Below, piece after piece: positions 18,009 through 26,499 of a stretch of 56,699 nucleotides of DNA. Within the stretch, counting starts at the first letter, position 1; every line of letters begins with the position of its first letter. The position numbers were made by a program, and so were the translations under genes. Below the pieces are notes generated by a model. That model had not been told where the DNA came from. It did no database searches and worked only from the letters and a program-made list of their open reading frames with translations. The stretch is from an uncultured Gammaproteobacteria bacterium (GTDB lineage Bacteria > Patescibacteriota > Patescibacteriia > Magasanikbacterales > GWA2-37-8). The stretch spans positions 1 through 56,699 of the forward strand of contig CAYHHR010000002.1 in NCBI GenBank assembly GCA_964356495.1, written 5' to 3'.

Positions 18009-18389
18009 ATGACACAACCGGTAACAGCATCACTTAGATACTATCGAATGGGCCCGAAAAAGCTCCGTCTGATTGTGGACCTTATTCGCGGCAAGCGCGT
18101 AACTCGCGCTCAGTCGATACTTAGCCTCCTCAACAAAAAAGGCGCGAAGCCGATGTTGAAGTTGCTTAATTCTGCTGTTGCTAACGCAAAACACAATTAT
18201 AATCTTGGTTTGGAAAATTTGATTGTGAAGTCGATTATGGTTGATGGCGGTCCGATGCTGAAAAGATTTATGCCGAAAGCGCACGGCCGCGCGACACCGG
18301 TAAGAGAAAGAACGTCACATGTGAGCCTAGTTCTCGAAGCACTTGAAATGAAACAAAAAGCTAAATCTGAAAGCAAAAAAACTAATTAA
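18009..18389 (+). CDS. rplV: 50S ribosomal protein L22
   Basis: ..PKKLRLIVDLIRGK....A...L.......A......L.SA.ANA..N. Confidence 0.95.
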   Translation: MTQPVTASLRYYRMGPKKLRLIVDLIRGKRVTRAQSILSLLNKKGAKPMLKLLNSAVANAKHNYNLGLENLIVKSIMVDGGPMLKRFMPKAHGRATPVRERTSHVSLVLEALEMKQKAKSESKKTN

Positions 18390-18394
18390 ATTTT

Positions 18395-19108
18395 ATGGGT
18401 CACAAAGTCCATCCAAAAATTCATCGCATCCCTTACATATTTCCTTGGGATTCACGCTGGTTCGCGAAGCGCGATCAGATGCCTGGTTTTTTGAAACAAG
18501 AAATTGCGATCAGGGAATTTTTGTTAAAGAAATTAAAAGAAGCCAGCGTTGATTCGATCAGCATCGAGAGAACGCCAAAAGATCTTTCGATCACTATCCT
18601 CGCCGGCAAACCGGGCGTGGTAATCGGCCGCGGGGGACAGGGACTTGAATTGATCCGAAAAGAAATCGAAAAGAAAATTTTACAATTTAAAACAAAAGTC
18701 AAATTAAATATTCAGCCGGTTCAACAGCCAGCTTTGTCAGCCGCGATTGTGGCGCAGAACATTGTTCTTGATATCGAAAAGCGTCTGCCGTTCCGCCGCG
18801 TTATGAAACAGACGATTGAGAAAGTGATGGCCGCCGGCGCCAAAGGAGTAAAGATCGGTATGGCTGGTCGCCTCAACGGCGTGGAAATCGCCCGTCGCGA
18901 AAAATTGGCCGCCGGTAAAATGTCGCTTATAACTTTACGCAGCAATGTTGATTACGCGCTCGCCGAAGCACACACGATGTATGGCAAGATCGGCGTCAAA
19001 GTCTGGATTTATTTTGGAGAAACTTTTGCGAAGAAAGACAAGTTTGAAAAATCCGCCTCTACGGCGGATCAGCCGAAGAGGCTGAAAGGCGACGAATCCA
19101 AAGTCTAA
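18395..19108 (+). CDS. rpsC: 30S ribosomal protein S3
   Basis: MGHKVHP...R......W.S.WFA and the KH-domain motif GVVIGRGG. The C-terminal tail is encoded by repeat J2. Confidence 0.96.
   Translation: MGHKVHPKIHRIPYIFPWDSRWFAKRDQMPGFLKQEIAIREFLLKKLKEASVDSISIERTPKDLSITILAGKPGVVIGRGGQGLELIRKEIEKKILQFKTKVKLNIQPVQQPALSAAIVAQNIVLDIEKRLPFRRVMKQTIEKVMAAGAKGVKIGMAGRLNGVEIARREKLAAGKMSLITLRSNVDYALAEAHTMYGKIGVKVWIYFGETFAKKDKFEKSASTADQPKRLKGDESKV
19052..19087 (+). repeat. Family J element, copy J2, in frame at the rpsC 3' end
   Basis: tccgcctctacggcggatcagccgaagaggctgaaa differs from J1 at only a few positions. It encodes [12 protein letters not shown]. Confidence 0.8.
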
Positions 19109-19119
19109 AGTCGAATAAT

Positions 19120-19545
19120 ATGTTATTACCAAAGAAAGTACAACACAGAAAATGGCACAAAGGCCGCCGACGCCAGAAGGGTGTTGCAACGCGCGCGAAT
19201 TCGATTGATTTCGGAGATTTCGGTCTCAAGAGCCAGGGCTACGGTTGGGTAACCAGCCGCCAGATTGAGTCTGCCCGCCGTGTTCTTACTCGTTATGTCC
19301 GCCGCGGTGGCAAGGTTTGGATTCGAATTTTCCCGGATAAACCAGTCACCATGAAAGGCAACGAAACCCCGATGGGTGGCGGAAAGGGCGCTCCGGATCA
19401 TTATGTCGCCGTCGTGAAGCCAGGAACAATGTTGTTTGAAATGGTAGGTGTTACCCGCGTACAAGCTATGGAAGCCATGAATATGGCCAGTTACAAATTC
19501 GGCGTCAAGACCAAGTTTATTGAGAAAAATTTTATAACCGTTTAA
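19120..19545 (+). CDS. rplP: 50S ribosomal protein L16
   Basis: MLLPKK.K.RK...GR..G.A.RG....FG.FGL. Confidence 0.96.
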   Translation: MLLPKKVQHRKWHKGRRRQKGVATRANSIDFGDFGLKSQGYGWVTSRQIESARRVLTRYVRRGGKVWIRIFPDKPVTMKGNETPMGGGKGAPDHYVAVVKPGTMLFEMVGVTRVQAMEAMNMASYKFGVKTKFIEKNFITV

Positions 19546-19566
19546 TTATATGGGCTACGCCACATA

Positions 19567-19624
19567 TAATCTAATTCGCTCGGAAATGAAAATTAATTTT
19601 CATTTCGCTCACTCATTACGATTA
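19567..19624 (+). repeat. Family I hairpin element, copy I1, abutting the rpmC ATG
   Basis: taatctaattcgctcggaaatgaaaattaattttcatttcgctcactcattacgatta is the reverse complement of 38480..38537 with a few mismatches. Confidence 0.8.
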
Positions 19625-19806
19625 TGGATTTCGCGGATTTAAAAGCCAAAAGCAAAGCGGAACTAGGTGATTTATTGAAAGAATTAGATCAGAAGTTGTT
19701 TGTGTTTCGTCTTCAGGCCCACATGCGCCGCTTGAAGCAGGTGCATGAGATTAGTGCCCTCCGCCGAACTATCGCCCGCGTTCACATGTTATTAGATACC
19801 AAGTAA
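19624..19806 (+). CDS. rpmC: 50S ribosomal protein L29
   Basis: 60 aa with ..LK..S..EL...L.EL...LF.LR.Q... in the expected operon position. Confidence 0.9.
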   Translation: MDFADLKAKSKAELGDLLKELDQKLFVFRLQAHMRRLKQVHEISALRRTIARVHMLLDTK

Positions 19807-19813
19807 TTTTTAT

Positions 19814-20080
19814 ATGGAAAAGCAACCGGAAAAAATTTATCGAACTTTCAACGGCGTGGTAACATCGACTTCAATGCAGAAGACAATCACTGTTCAGGTT
19901 GATTTTATGAAGATGAACGAAAAGTACCAGAAGAAATACCGTGTTAGCAAGAAATTTCATGTCCATGATGAAAAAGGCGCCGTCAAGGTTGGGGACAAGG
20001 TAGTTTTTGTGGAATGCCGCCCGCTTTCAAAAACAAAGCGCTGGCGTTTGATGGAAGTAGAAGTCGAGAAGAAACCATAA
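19814..20080 (+). CDS. rpsQ: 30S ribosomal protein S17
   Basis: ..G.V.S..M.KTI.V.V.......KY.K.....KK...HDE......GD.V...E.RPLSK.K.W. Confidence 0.95.
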   Translation: MEKQPEKIYRTFNGVVTSTSMQKTITVQVDFMKMNEKYQKKYRVSKKFHVHDEKGAVKVGDKVVFVECRPLSKTKRWRLMEVEVEKKP

Positions 20081-20095
20081 TATAAGCATAAGAAT

Positions 20096-20467
20096 ATGAT
20101 TCAACATCGCGCAATGCTAGCAGTCGCTGATAATACCGGAGCCAAAAAGCTCCAATGCATCCGCGTGCTTGATGGCTACAAAAAACGCTATGCGAGACTT
20201 GGCGACGTTATCACATGTGTTGTGAAGGAAGCCGCTCCGCGCGGATTGGTAAAGAAGAGCGAAATTGTCCACGCCGTGATTGTCCGCCAACGCAAAGAAA
20301 CTCGCCGCACTGATGGCACTTATGTCCGCTTTGATGAAAATGCCGTGGTAATTATTGATCGCGCCAGCAAAGAGCCAAAAGGTACGCGTATTTTCGGACC
20401 GGTCGCGCGCGAACTCAGAACCAAAGGTTTCCAAAAGATTATTTCACTAGCCCCGGAAGTTGTTTAA
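20096..20467 (+). CDS. rplN: 50S ribosomal protein L14
   Basis: MIQ....L.VADN.GAK...CI.VL.G.... and the C-terminal SLAPEVV. Confidence 0.97.
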   Translation: MIQHRAMLAVADNTGAKKLQCIRVLDGYKKRYARLGDVITCVVKEAAPRGLVKKSEIVHAVIVRQRKETRRTDGTYVRFDENAVVIIDRASKEPKGTRIFGPVARELRTKGFQKIISLAPEVV

Positions 20468-20474
20468 TAATTGT

Positions 20475-20783
20475 ATGAAGATTAAAACTAACGACAAAGT
20501 AAAAATTTTAAGCGGTAAAGACAAAGGCAAAATTGGCAAAGTTGTTCAGGTTTTCCCGGATGACGGTAAGCTGGTAGTAGAAGGATTGAATATTATCAAG
20601 AAGCATCTGAAAACACGTTCAAAGAGCGAGAAAGGACAAGTGCTGGAACTCGCCGCTCCGTTTTTCATGAGCAAAGCCGCGTTGGTCTGCCCGAAATGCG
20701 AGAAACCGGTTCGCGTCGGATATAAATTAGAAAATGATAAAAAAATACGAGTTTGCCGCAAATGCGGTCAATCAATCGACTAA
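20475..20783 (+). CDS. rplX: 50S ribosomal protein L24 (with CxxC...CxxC)
   Basis: MKIKTNDKV.ILSGKDKGK.GKV..V. The ATG at 20475 follows the rplN stop codon. Contains CPKC...CRKC. Confidence 0.93.
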   Translation: MKIKTNDKVKILSGKDKGKIGKVVQVFPDDGKLVVEGLNIIKKHLKTRSKSEKGQVLELAAPFFMSKAALVCPKCEKPVRVGYKLENDKKIRVCRKCGQSID

Positions 20784-20787
20784 TATT

Positions 20788-21327
20788 ATGATGACATTAT
20801 ACGAAAAATACAAAAAGGAAATCGTTCCCGCTCTCAAGATCGAGCTTGGCATGAAAAATGTCATGCAGGTTCCAAAGATCAAGAAGGTTGTGGTTAACGC
20901 CGGTATTGGTCGCTTTGTAAAAGAAGCTAATTTTATCGAAAACGTAGAGAAGAATATTGCCCGCATCACCGGACAAAAGCCAATTCGTACCCGCGCCAAG
21001 AAAGCCATTTCAAATTTCAAAATTCGTGAAGGTCAGGAAATCGGCGTTACCGTTACGCTCCGTGGCAAAAGAATGTATGAATTTCTTGAAAAGTTAACCA
21101 GGATTACTTTCCCGCGCGTCCGCGATTTCCATGGTATCTCTGATAAGAGTTTCGACAAGCAGGGAAATTATACGATTGGTTTCAAAGAAACAGTTGCTTT
21201 CCCGGAAATCAAAATGGATGAGATCGACAAGATGCACGGCCTACAGCTGATTATCAATACTACCGCGAAGAACAAAGTCGAAGGTCGCGCTCTGCTTTCT
21301 CATATGGGTTTTCCTTTTTCTAAATAA
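20788..21327 (+). CDS. rplE: 50S ribosomal protein L5
   Basis: L.EKYKKEIVPAL...........P.I.KVV.N.G.G.. The ATG at 20788 follows the rplX stop codon. Confidence 0.95.
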   Translation: MMTLYEKYKKEIVPALKIELGMKNVMQVPKIKKVVVNAGIGRFVKEANFIENVEKNIARITGQKPIRTRAKKAISNFKIREGQEIGVTVTLRGKRMYEFLEKLTRITFPRVRDFHGISDKSFDKQGNYTIGFKETVAFPEIKMDEIDKMHGLQLIINTTAKNKVEGRALLSHMGFPFSK

Positions 21328-21330
21328 TAT

Positions 21331-21516
21331 ATGGCTACGTACGCACAAATTGCAAAATCAAGCCGCAAACCGAAATTTTCCACCCGAATTGTCCGACGCT
21401 GTTGGAATTGCGGACGCCGCCGCGGTTTTATCGGCGCGTTCAACCTATGTCGTATTTGTTTTAGAGAGTTTGCGAACGCCGGTCTCATTCCGGGAGTGCG
21501 TAAATCAAGTTGGTAA
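21331..21516 (+). CDS. rpsN: 30S ribosomal protein S14, short zinc-binding (type Z) form
   Basis: 61 aa with the pattern C.NCGR..G......LCR.CFRE.A..G.IPGV.K.SW. Confidence 0.93.
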   Translation: MATYAQIAKSSRKPKFSTRIVRRCWNCGRRRGFIGAFNLCRICFREFANAGLIPGVRKSSW

Positions 21517-21517
21517 T

Positions 21518-21551
21518 GTGCCTCATCGGCACATCCGCCGCTGAGGCGGAT
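21518..21551 (+). repeat. Double hairpin after rpsN, possibly related to family J (J3)
   Basis: gtgcctcatcggcac followed by atccgccgctgaggcggat. It shares the cctcatcgg and tccgcc..ggcgga arms with J1 and J2. The family assignment is tentative. Confidence 0.4.
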
Positions 21552-21597
21552 TCTACTGAATAAATAATATTTTTCAAGATAACAAATATCAAGTCGT

Positions 21598-21987
21598 ATG
21601 ATGACCGATCCAATCGCTGACATGTTAACCAGAATACGAAACGCTTCTTTAGTGCAGAAAAAAGAAGCTGCTATTCCGTATTCAAAGTTAAAACTATCTA
21701 TCGCCAAAATTTTGGAGCGTGAAGGTTATGTGTCCAAAGTTGAGGAAACCAAGACCAAGCCGGCTTTTATTGTTGTTACCCTGAAATATCATGGCCGCGA
21801 TAGCGCGATCGCTCATTTGGAGCGCCTCAGCACTCCCGGTCATCGCCGCTATGTGAAAAAAGAAAAGATTGAAAAAATCTTGAACGGTCTTGGGCTTTCG
21901 ATTTTGTCCACGCCAAAAGGAATTATGACCGGCGCTGAAGCGGTGAAGAAAAATGTCGGCGGAGAATTACTTTGTGAAATATATTAA
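21598..21987 (+). CDS. rpsH: 30S ribosomal protein S8
   Basis: MTDPIADMLTRIRNA. Confidence 0.96.
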   Translation: MMTDPIADMLTRIRNASLVQKKEAAIPYSKLKLSIAKILEREGYVSKVEETKTKPAFIVVTLKYHGRDSAIAHLERLSTPGHRRYVKKEKIEKILNGLGLSILSTPKGIMTGAEAVKKNVGGELLCEIY

Positions 21988-21997
21988 TTTGTAGTTT

Positions 21998-22549
21998 ATG
22001 TCCCGTATTGGCAAAAAAATTAGAATATTACCAGCCGGAGTAACTCTTGAGATAAAGGGTAGTGAGCTGATTGTCAAAGGTCCGAAAGGAACTTTGGTTC
22101 AGAAGGTTCATCCGCGCATTACCGTTGTGAACAACAATGGCGAGGTGACGGTGCAGGTTGTTAATGGCGAGAACAAACGCGATCGCGCTCTTTGGGGAAC
22201 TTTTTCCAGCCTGATCGAGAATATGATTGACGGCGTTACCAAAGGTTTCAAAAAGCAACTCGAAGTTAATGGTGTCGGTTTCAAAGCAAACCTCAAAGGC
22301 GCTAATTTGAATCTTGAAGTCGGCTATACCAATGCGGTTGAGATTAAACCGCTCACCGGGATAAGTTTTAAAGTTGAGAAAAATATTATTACAGTTGAAG
22401 GAACTGACAAGCAGGTGGTAGGCGAGATGGCAGCTATGATTCGCCGTGTCAGGAAGCCTGAGCCATACAAAGGCAAAGGTATTAAATATGTTGATGAAGT
22501 AATTCAGCGCAAGGCCGGCAAGACCGCCGCCAAAGCAGCCGCTGTCTAA
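21998..22549 (+). CDS. rplF: 50S ribosomal protein L6
   Basis: MSRIGKK.I..P.GV......G....VKGPKG.L. Confidence 0.96.
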   Translation: MSRIGKKIRILPAGVTLEIKGSELIVKGPKGTLVQKVHPRITVVNNNGEVTVQVVNGENKRDRALWGTFSSLIENMIDGVTKGFKKQLEVNGVGFKANLKGANLNLEVGYTNAVEIKPLTGISFKVEKNIITVEGTDKQVVGEMAAMIRRVRKPEPYKGKGIKYVDEVIQRKAGKTAAKAAAV

Positions 22550-22562
22550 TCTAACATTCATT

Positions 22563-22937
22563 ATGAAACGTTTAGTTAAAACAACCAAAAATTCACTGAG
22601 AGAAGTCCGCCACGACCGCATCCGCAGCCATCTCCATGGTACGAAAACTGCGCCGCGTCTTTCGGTTTTCCGCTCCCTTAGAAATATGACCGCTCAGCTG
22701 GTGGACGATGAAGCCGGCAAAACGCTTGTTTTTGTAAACAGCGGCAGTCTGAAACACAAAAAAGTTGAAGGCAAAGCCGGCAAGGTTGCGATGGCATTCC
22801 AGGTGGGAGAGAAAATCGCCGAATTAGCAAAAGCCAAAGGCATCAGCCAGGTTGTGTTTGACCGTGGCGGCTACCGTTATCACGGTCGCGTCGCGGCCCT
22901 CGCTGAAGGTGCTCGCGCCGGCGGCTTACAATTTTAA
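22563..22937 (+). CDS. rplR: 50S ribosomal protein L18
   Basis: ..R..R.R..I.GT...PRL.VFRS......Q..DD......VFDRGGY.YHGRV.A.A..ARE.GL.F. Confidence 0.95.
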   Translation: MKRLVKTTKNSLREVRHDRIRSHLHGTKTAPRLSVFRSLRNMTAQLVDDEAGKTLVFVNSGSLKHKKVEGKAGKVAMAFQVGEKIAELAKAKGISQVVFDRGGYRYHGRVAALAEGARAGGLQF

Positions 22938-22945
22938 TGATATAA

Positions 22946-23024
22946 TATCGCAGATGCGCATAGCGCGCCGCAGATGTCGCAGATGTATCTGCGTAATCTG
23001 CGGGCCCCAAGGCTATCTGTGTAA
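22946..23024 (+). repeat. Family F intergenic repeat, copy F3 (rplR-rpsE spacer)
   Basis: atatcgcagatgcgcatagcgcgccgcagatgtcgcagatgtatctgcgtaatctgcgggccccaaggctatctgtg aligns with F1 and F2. Confidence 0.8.
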
Positions 23025-23036
23025 TAAACGTAAAAT

Positions 23037-23576
23037 ATGAACAAAGGATCACGAAGAGGTGGGCGAGAAAGAGAAAAGTCAGAGTTTGACCAATTTATTT
23101 TAGATATTGCCAGGGTGACGCGCGTCACGCAAGGCGGCAAGCATTTGAGTTTCCGCGTCTGTGTTATCCTTGGCGATCGACACGGAACTGTCGGATTCGG
23201 CGTCGCGAAAGGCAAAGACGTCCAACTCGGAGTAGAGAAAGCGGTGCACCAGGCGAAGAAGCATATGATCAAGGTGCCAATCGTACGAGACACTCTTCCT
23301 CACATGGTAGTCCGAAAGTATAAGGCCGCCATGGTCATGTTGAAGCCGGCTCCAAGAGGTTCCGGTATTATCGCTGGCGGAGCGGCACGCGTGGTGCTCG
23401 AGCTCGCCGGCATCCCGAACGTTTCTTCAAAAATTCTCGGCAAAACCAAAAATAAAATCGCGATCGTAAAGGCTACCTTTGACGCTCTCCAGAGTTTCAA
23501 GCGCGTGCCTGTTTCAATGAAAAAAATAACTTCACCGGTTGTCGTCGAAACTAAAACTGAAGAAAAAGCTAAATAA
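23037..23576 (+). CDS. rpsE: 30S ribosomal protein S5
   Basis: ..I.RV.RV..GG....F...V.VGD..G.VG.G.GKA..V..A..KA. Confidence 0.95.
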   Translation: MNKGSRRGGREREKSEFDQFILDIARVTRVTQGGKHLSFRVCVILGDRHGTVGFGVAKGKDVQLGVEKAVHQAKKHMIKVPIVRDTLPHMVVRKYKAAMVMLKPAPRGSGIIAGGAARVVLELAGIPNVSSKILGKTKNKIAIVKATFDALQSFKRVPVSMKKITSPVVVETKTEEKAK

Positions 23577-23582
23577 AGTTTT

Positions 23583-24050
23583 ATGTTACAAGTACACACT
23601 ATCAAAGCCGCTTTCGGCGCGAAGCATCGAGTAAAACGCGTTGGCAGAGGGAACGCCTCCGGTCACGGTACGATGTCGACGCGCGGCGGCAAGGGTCAGA
23701 CTGCCCGATCCGGCGGCAGCCGCGGCCTCGCCCAAAAAGGTTTCCGTCGTCTGATGCAGTCCGCTCCAAAATTGCGCGGTTTCAAAGCGTTGAATCCCGG
23801 TCCAACTGAGGTTTACTTGATGGATTTAGAGAAACATTTTGCGGCCGGTGAAACGGTTGATTTGAAATCACTCATCGAAAAGCATTTGCTTAGCATCAAT
23901 GCTACGTCTGCTAAACTTGTTCTAAAAGGAGATTTGACCAAGAAATTAATCGTCGCTATTCCTTGCACCAAAGGGGCGGCTGAAAAAGTAAAAGCCGTTG
24001 GTGGGACGCTGAGCGTCCATGAAACCACGCTAAGCGTGGTGGGGAAGTAA
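23583..24050 (+). CDS. rplO: 50S ribosomal protein L15
   Basis: ..K.R.RVGRG..SG.G.....G.KGQ.ARSG. The gene starts 6 nt after rpsE, leaving no room for an L30 gene. Confidence 0.93.
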   Translation: MLQVHTIKAAFGAKHRVKRVGRGNASGHGTMSTRGGKGQTARSGGSRGLAQKGFRRLMQSAPKLRGFKALNPGPTEVYLMDLEKHFAAGETVDLKSLIEKHLLSINATSAKLVLKGDLTKKLIVAIPCTKGAAEKVKAVGGTLSVHETTLSVVGK

Positions 24051-24065
24051 AATAATTATTTTCTT

Positions 24066-25340
24066 ATGTGGGAAAAGCTAACCCGTATTTGGAAGATTAA
24101 GGATGTACGAAATAACGTATTGGTTGTCCTTGGGCTGTTGGCTATTGTCAGGTTGGTTGCCCACATTCCAATTCCTGGGGTTGATCTTGTAAATCTTCGC
24201 AATTATCTCGCCGGTAATCAGATCCTGGGACTTCTTAATATTCTTTCCGGCGGAACGATGGAGACTTTTTCGATCGTTATGTTGGCGGTCGGTCCTTATA
24301 TTACCGCTTCAATTATTTTTCAACTCTTGACCATGATTCTCCCGTCCCTTGAGGAGCTGTCAAAGGAAGGCGAGGGTGGTCAACAGAAGATTAACATGTA
24401 TACCCGTTGGCTCACGGTTCCGTTAGCGATTATTCAGTCATACGCGATGATCCGCCTTCTCAACCAGTCGGGGCAAAGAATCCTTTTGGATCTTACTCCG
24501 TTCCGCGTTATTACGATCATGCTGACAATTTCCGCCGGGACGATGTTCCTCGTGTGGATCGGGGAATTGATTTCCGAGAAAAAAGTCGGCAATGGCATCT
24601 CACTCATCATTTTTGCCGGTATTATTAGCAGTATTCCAAACGCCCTTCGAACTATCGCCCTGAACTATGATCCTTCACAGTTTTATACATATGTTTTGTT
24701 TATCGCGATTGCTATTATCACGATTGCTGGCGTTGTATTTATTACTGAAGGCCAGCGCAACATTCCAGTAAGCTATGCGAAACAAGTCAGGGGTAATAAA
24801 GTTTTTGGCGGTTCCAGCACCCATTTGCCATTTCGAGTTAACATGGCCGGTGTTATCCCGATCATTTTCGCGGTATCAATCATGTTGTTTCCGTCAATGA
24901 TTTCACAATTTTTTGTAAACGCGAACTCCGCCTTCCTCCGTCACATTGCCTCTGGCACGATGGGTCTATTCCAAAATCAGGTTTTCTATAACATTTTATA
25001 CTTTGTTCTTATCTTTGGTTTTACTTTTTTCTACACTTCAGTGGTGTTCCAGCCGCAAAAAATTGCCGAAAATCTCCAGAAGCAAGGCGGTTTTATCCCG
25101 GGAATCAGGCCTGGCACTGAAACTGAGAAGTATCTTGCGAGCACCATGAATAGAATAAATTTCTTCGGCGCAATTTTCCTCGGCGTGATTGCGATTTTGC
25201 CGCTTCTTGCGAAAGGCGCGGTGGGCACCAACGCTCTCCGAATCGGCGGTACGAGCCTTCTCATCGTCGTGGCAGTGGCGATCGAGACGGCGAAGCAGAT
25301 TGAGTCACAGTTGACGATGCATGAGTACGATACGATTTAA
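24066..25340 (+). CDS. secY: Preprotein translocase subunit SecY
   Basis: 424 aa, multi-TM, with ..GG....SI..LG..PYI.ASI..QLL and G.GISLIIF.GI motifs. Confidence 0.96.
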   Translation: MWEKLTRIWKIKDVRNNVLVVLGLLAIVRLVAHIPIPGVDLVNLRNYLAGNQILGLLNILSGGTMETFSIVMLAVGPYITASIIFQLLTMILPSLEELSKEGEGGQQKINMYTRWLTVPLAIIQSYAMIRLLNQSGQRILLDLTPFRVITIMLTISAGTMFLVWIGELISEKKVGNGISLIIFAGIISSIPNALRTIALNYDPSQFYTYVLFIAIAIITIAGVVFITEGQRNIPVSYAKQVRGNKVFGGSSTHLPFRVNMAGVIPIIFAVSIMLFPSMISQFFVNANSAFLRHIASGTMGLFQNQVFYNILYFVLIFGFTFFYTSVVFQPQKIAENLQKQGGFIPGIRPGTETEKYLASTMNRINFFGAIFLGVIAILPLLAKGAVGTNALRIGGTSLLIVVAVAIETAKQIESQLTMHEYDTI

Positions 25341-25358
25341 TTATAAATTTCGAAAAAG

Positions 25359-25381
25359 CCATCCCAAAAGGGTGGTTTTTT
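25359..25381 (+). terminator. Rho-independent terminator after secY
   Basis: cca(t)ccc-aaaa-gggtgg stem with one bulged T, followed by a T6 run. Confidence 0.5.
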
Positions 25382-25384
25382 GTA

Positions 25385-25417
25385 TTCCCCGCTTGGGCGG
25401 GGTAGGGGTGGGTTGGC
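25385..25417 (-). repeat. Family C element, copy C2 (intergenic, reverse orientation)
   Basis: ttccccgcttgggcggggtaggggtgggttggc is the reverse complement of C1 and C3. Confidence 0.85.
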
Positions 25418-25570
25418 GTTGTCATTGTCCTCCTCTTCCTTAAGAGGAGGTGCCCAACAGGGCGGAGGAGTTTCGTCGTCGATTTGTGTCGTCGCGAACC
25501 CGACTCCTCCGTCTCGCGCGAGCGAGCCACCTCCCCTTGAGAAAGGGGAGGACAGACAGTGCCTTACCAT
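25418..25570. repeat. Cluster of nested G/C-rich hairpin elements (family D)
   Basis: Three hairpins: cctcctctt-cctt-aagaggagg; ggaggagt...actcctcc; and gagcgagccacctccccttgagaaaggggagg, which looks like a hybrid of the family A arm and the family B hairpin. Confidence 0.7.
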
Positions 25571-25611
25571 TCTTTGTTTGGCCAAAATTAGCCAAGATCG
25601 TCGATTTAGGG

Positions 25612-25640
25612 TTGACAAAAGTCGAAATTTGTAGTATAAT
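25612..25640 (+). promoter_or_regulatory. Consensus sigma70 promoter
   Basis: TTGACA, 17-nt spacer, TATAAT, upstream of the ORF at 25709. Confidence 0.55.
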
Positions 25641-25708
25641 AATAAGCTGGTAATTCATGAAGTTGCTATACCACGCCGCAATCCTGCGGCAAAACGGGAG
25701 AAACAATC

Positions 25709-25963
25709 GTGAGTATCGGCGAGAAACTCGTTGTGACTTTCTTGTGTATGATGTTGGGGTGTTTATTGATGTCCGCGGTAATGCTCCCTCTTTTCATCTA
25801 CCAAGCGGCCGTGAAAACGCCGGCGCAGAAGGTTTGTGAAACCAAGGCAGTTTTCTTCCGCGACCCCATCAAGGCGGATGTTTGCTACGGGTTATCTGTT
25901 GTCCCAATCTCCTGCGACCAGGTGAAGGACAAGCTGGAGGATTACACTTCACCCAAGAACTGA
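25709..25963 (+). CDS. Small membrane/secreted hypothetical protein (GTG start)
   Basis: 84 aa with a hydrophobic N-terminal segment. The sequence gggag lies upstream of the GTG. A consensus promoter precedes the ORF and a strong terminator follows it. Confidence 0.45.
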   Translation: MSIGEKLVVTFLCMMLGCLLMSAVMLPLFIYQAAVKTPAQKVCETKAVFFRDPIKADVCYGLSVVPISCDQVKDKLEDYTSPKN

Positions 25964-25982
25964 GCAGAACAATCTGCTCCAC

Positions 25983-26020
25983 GAGCCGGACCTTTCAAGG
26001 TGCCGGCTCTTACTTTTTTA
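25983..26020 (+). terminator. Rho-independent terminator
   Basis: gagccgg-N13-ccggctc stem followed by a T-rich tail (ttactttttt). Confidence 0.6.
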
Positions 26021-26027
26021 CCAACTT

Positions 26028-26130
26028 CTCTCCCCTTTTAGGGGAGAGGCGAGGAGAGGGGAATTGTTTGGAAGTTTCGAGTTCGCGCGAATACCCCACC
26101 CACTGTCCCTCCCCTAATAGGGGAGGGGAA
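26028..26130 (+). repeat. Family E composite element, copy E1 (about 103 bp)
   Basis: ctctcccctttaggggagag + gcgaggagagggg..gttcgcg..ataccccacc..ccctcccctaataggggaggg aligns along its length with 44359..44463. Confidence 0.8.
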
Positions 26131-26140
26131 TTATGAAGGC

Positions 26141-26169
26141 TTGAAAAATCATGGTGTTTTTGTTATAGT
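26141..26169 (+). promoter_or_regulatory. Putative promoter for the 26197 ORF
   Basis: TTGAAA, 17-nt spacer, TATAGT. Confidence 0.45.
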
Positions 26170-26196
26170 AATCCTACTTAATTTTATTCAATTACT

Positions 26197-26487
26197 ATGG
26201 GTTTTTTTAGCTCCCCAGCGGAAAAATACTCGCAAATTGAACACAATTTTCCAACCGAGAAAATTAAACATATTTTTAACGCTCTTCGGATGACTAATTT
26301 GAATAATAACGAAGAGGATATCGTGGAGGCAGCCTTGATTGCGCGCAAGGGCAATGATGGCAAGATTTCCCTGCGTCAGATTTACAATACTCTGCATCAG
26401 TTGAAGCAAGAGTATAAAATCAGTAAAATTGATGAGCATAAGCTGATGGATATATTTGTCGAACATTTTAATGAATTTGAAAAATAA
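26197..26487 (+). CDS. Hypothetical protein (96 aa)
   Basis: Intact ORF with its own promoter-like sequence. I recognise no family. Confidence 0.4.
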   Translation: MGFFSSPAEKYSQIEHNFPTEKIKHIFNALRMTNLNNNEEDIVEAALIARKGNDGKISLRQIYNTLHQLKQEYKISKIDEHKLMDIFVEHFNEFEK

Positions 26488-26499
26488 GGTTACAAATCT

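Noticed and set aside
22843-23293. ORFs spanning the rplR-rpsE spacer and the rpsE antisense strand: 22843..23052(-), 22852..23040(+) and 22934..23293(-).
   Set aside because: They run through the family F repeat and overlap rplR and rpsE, so they are artefacts of the repeat sequence.
25337-25706. Overlapping ORFs across the post-secY repeat cluster: 25337..25618(-), 25380..25634(+), 25440..25706(-) and 25450..25653(+).
   Set aside because: Their open frames result from the stop-free G/C-rich palindromic repeats (C2 and family D). Several mutually exclusive ORFs cover the same DNA, and none has start signals.
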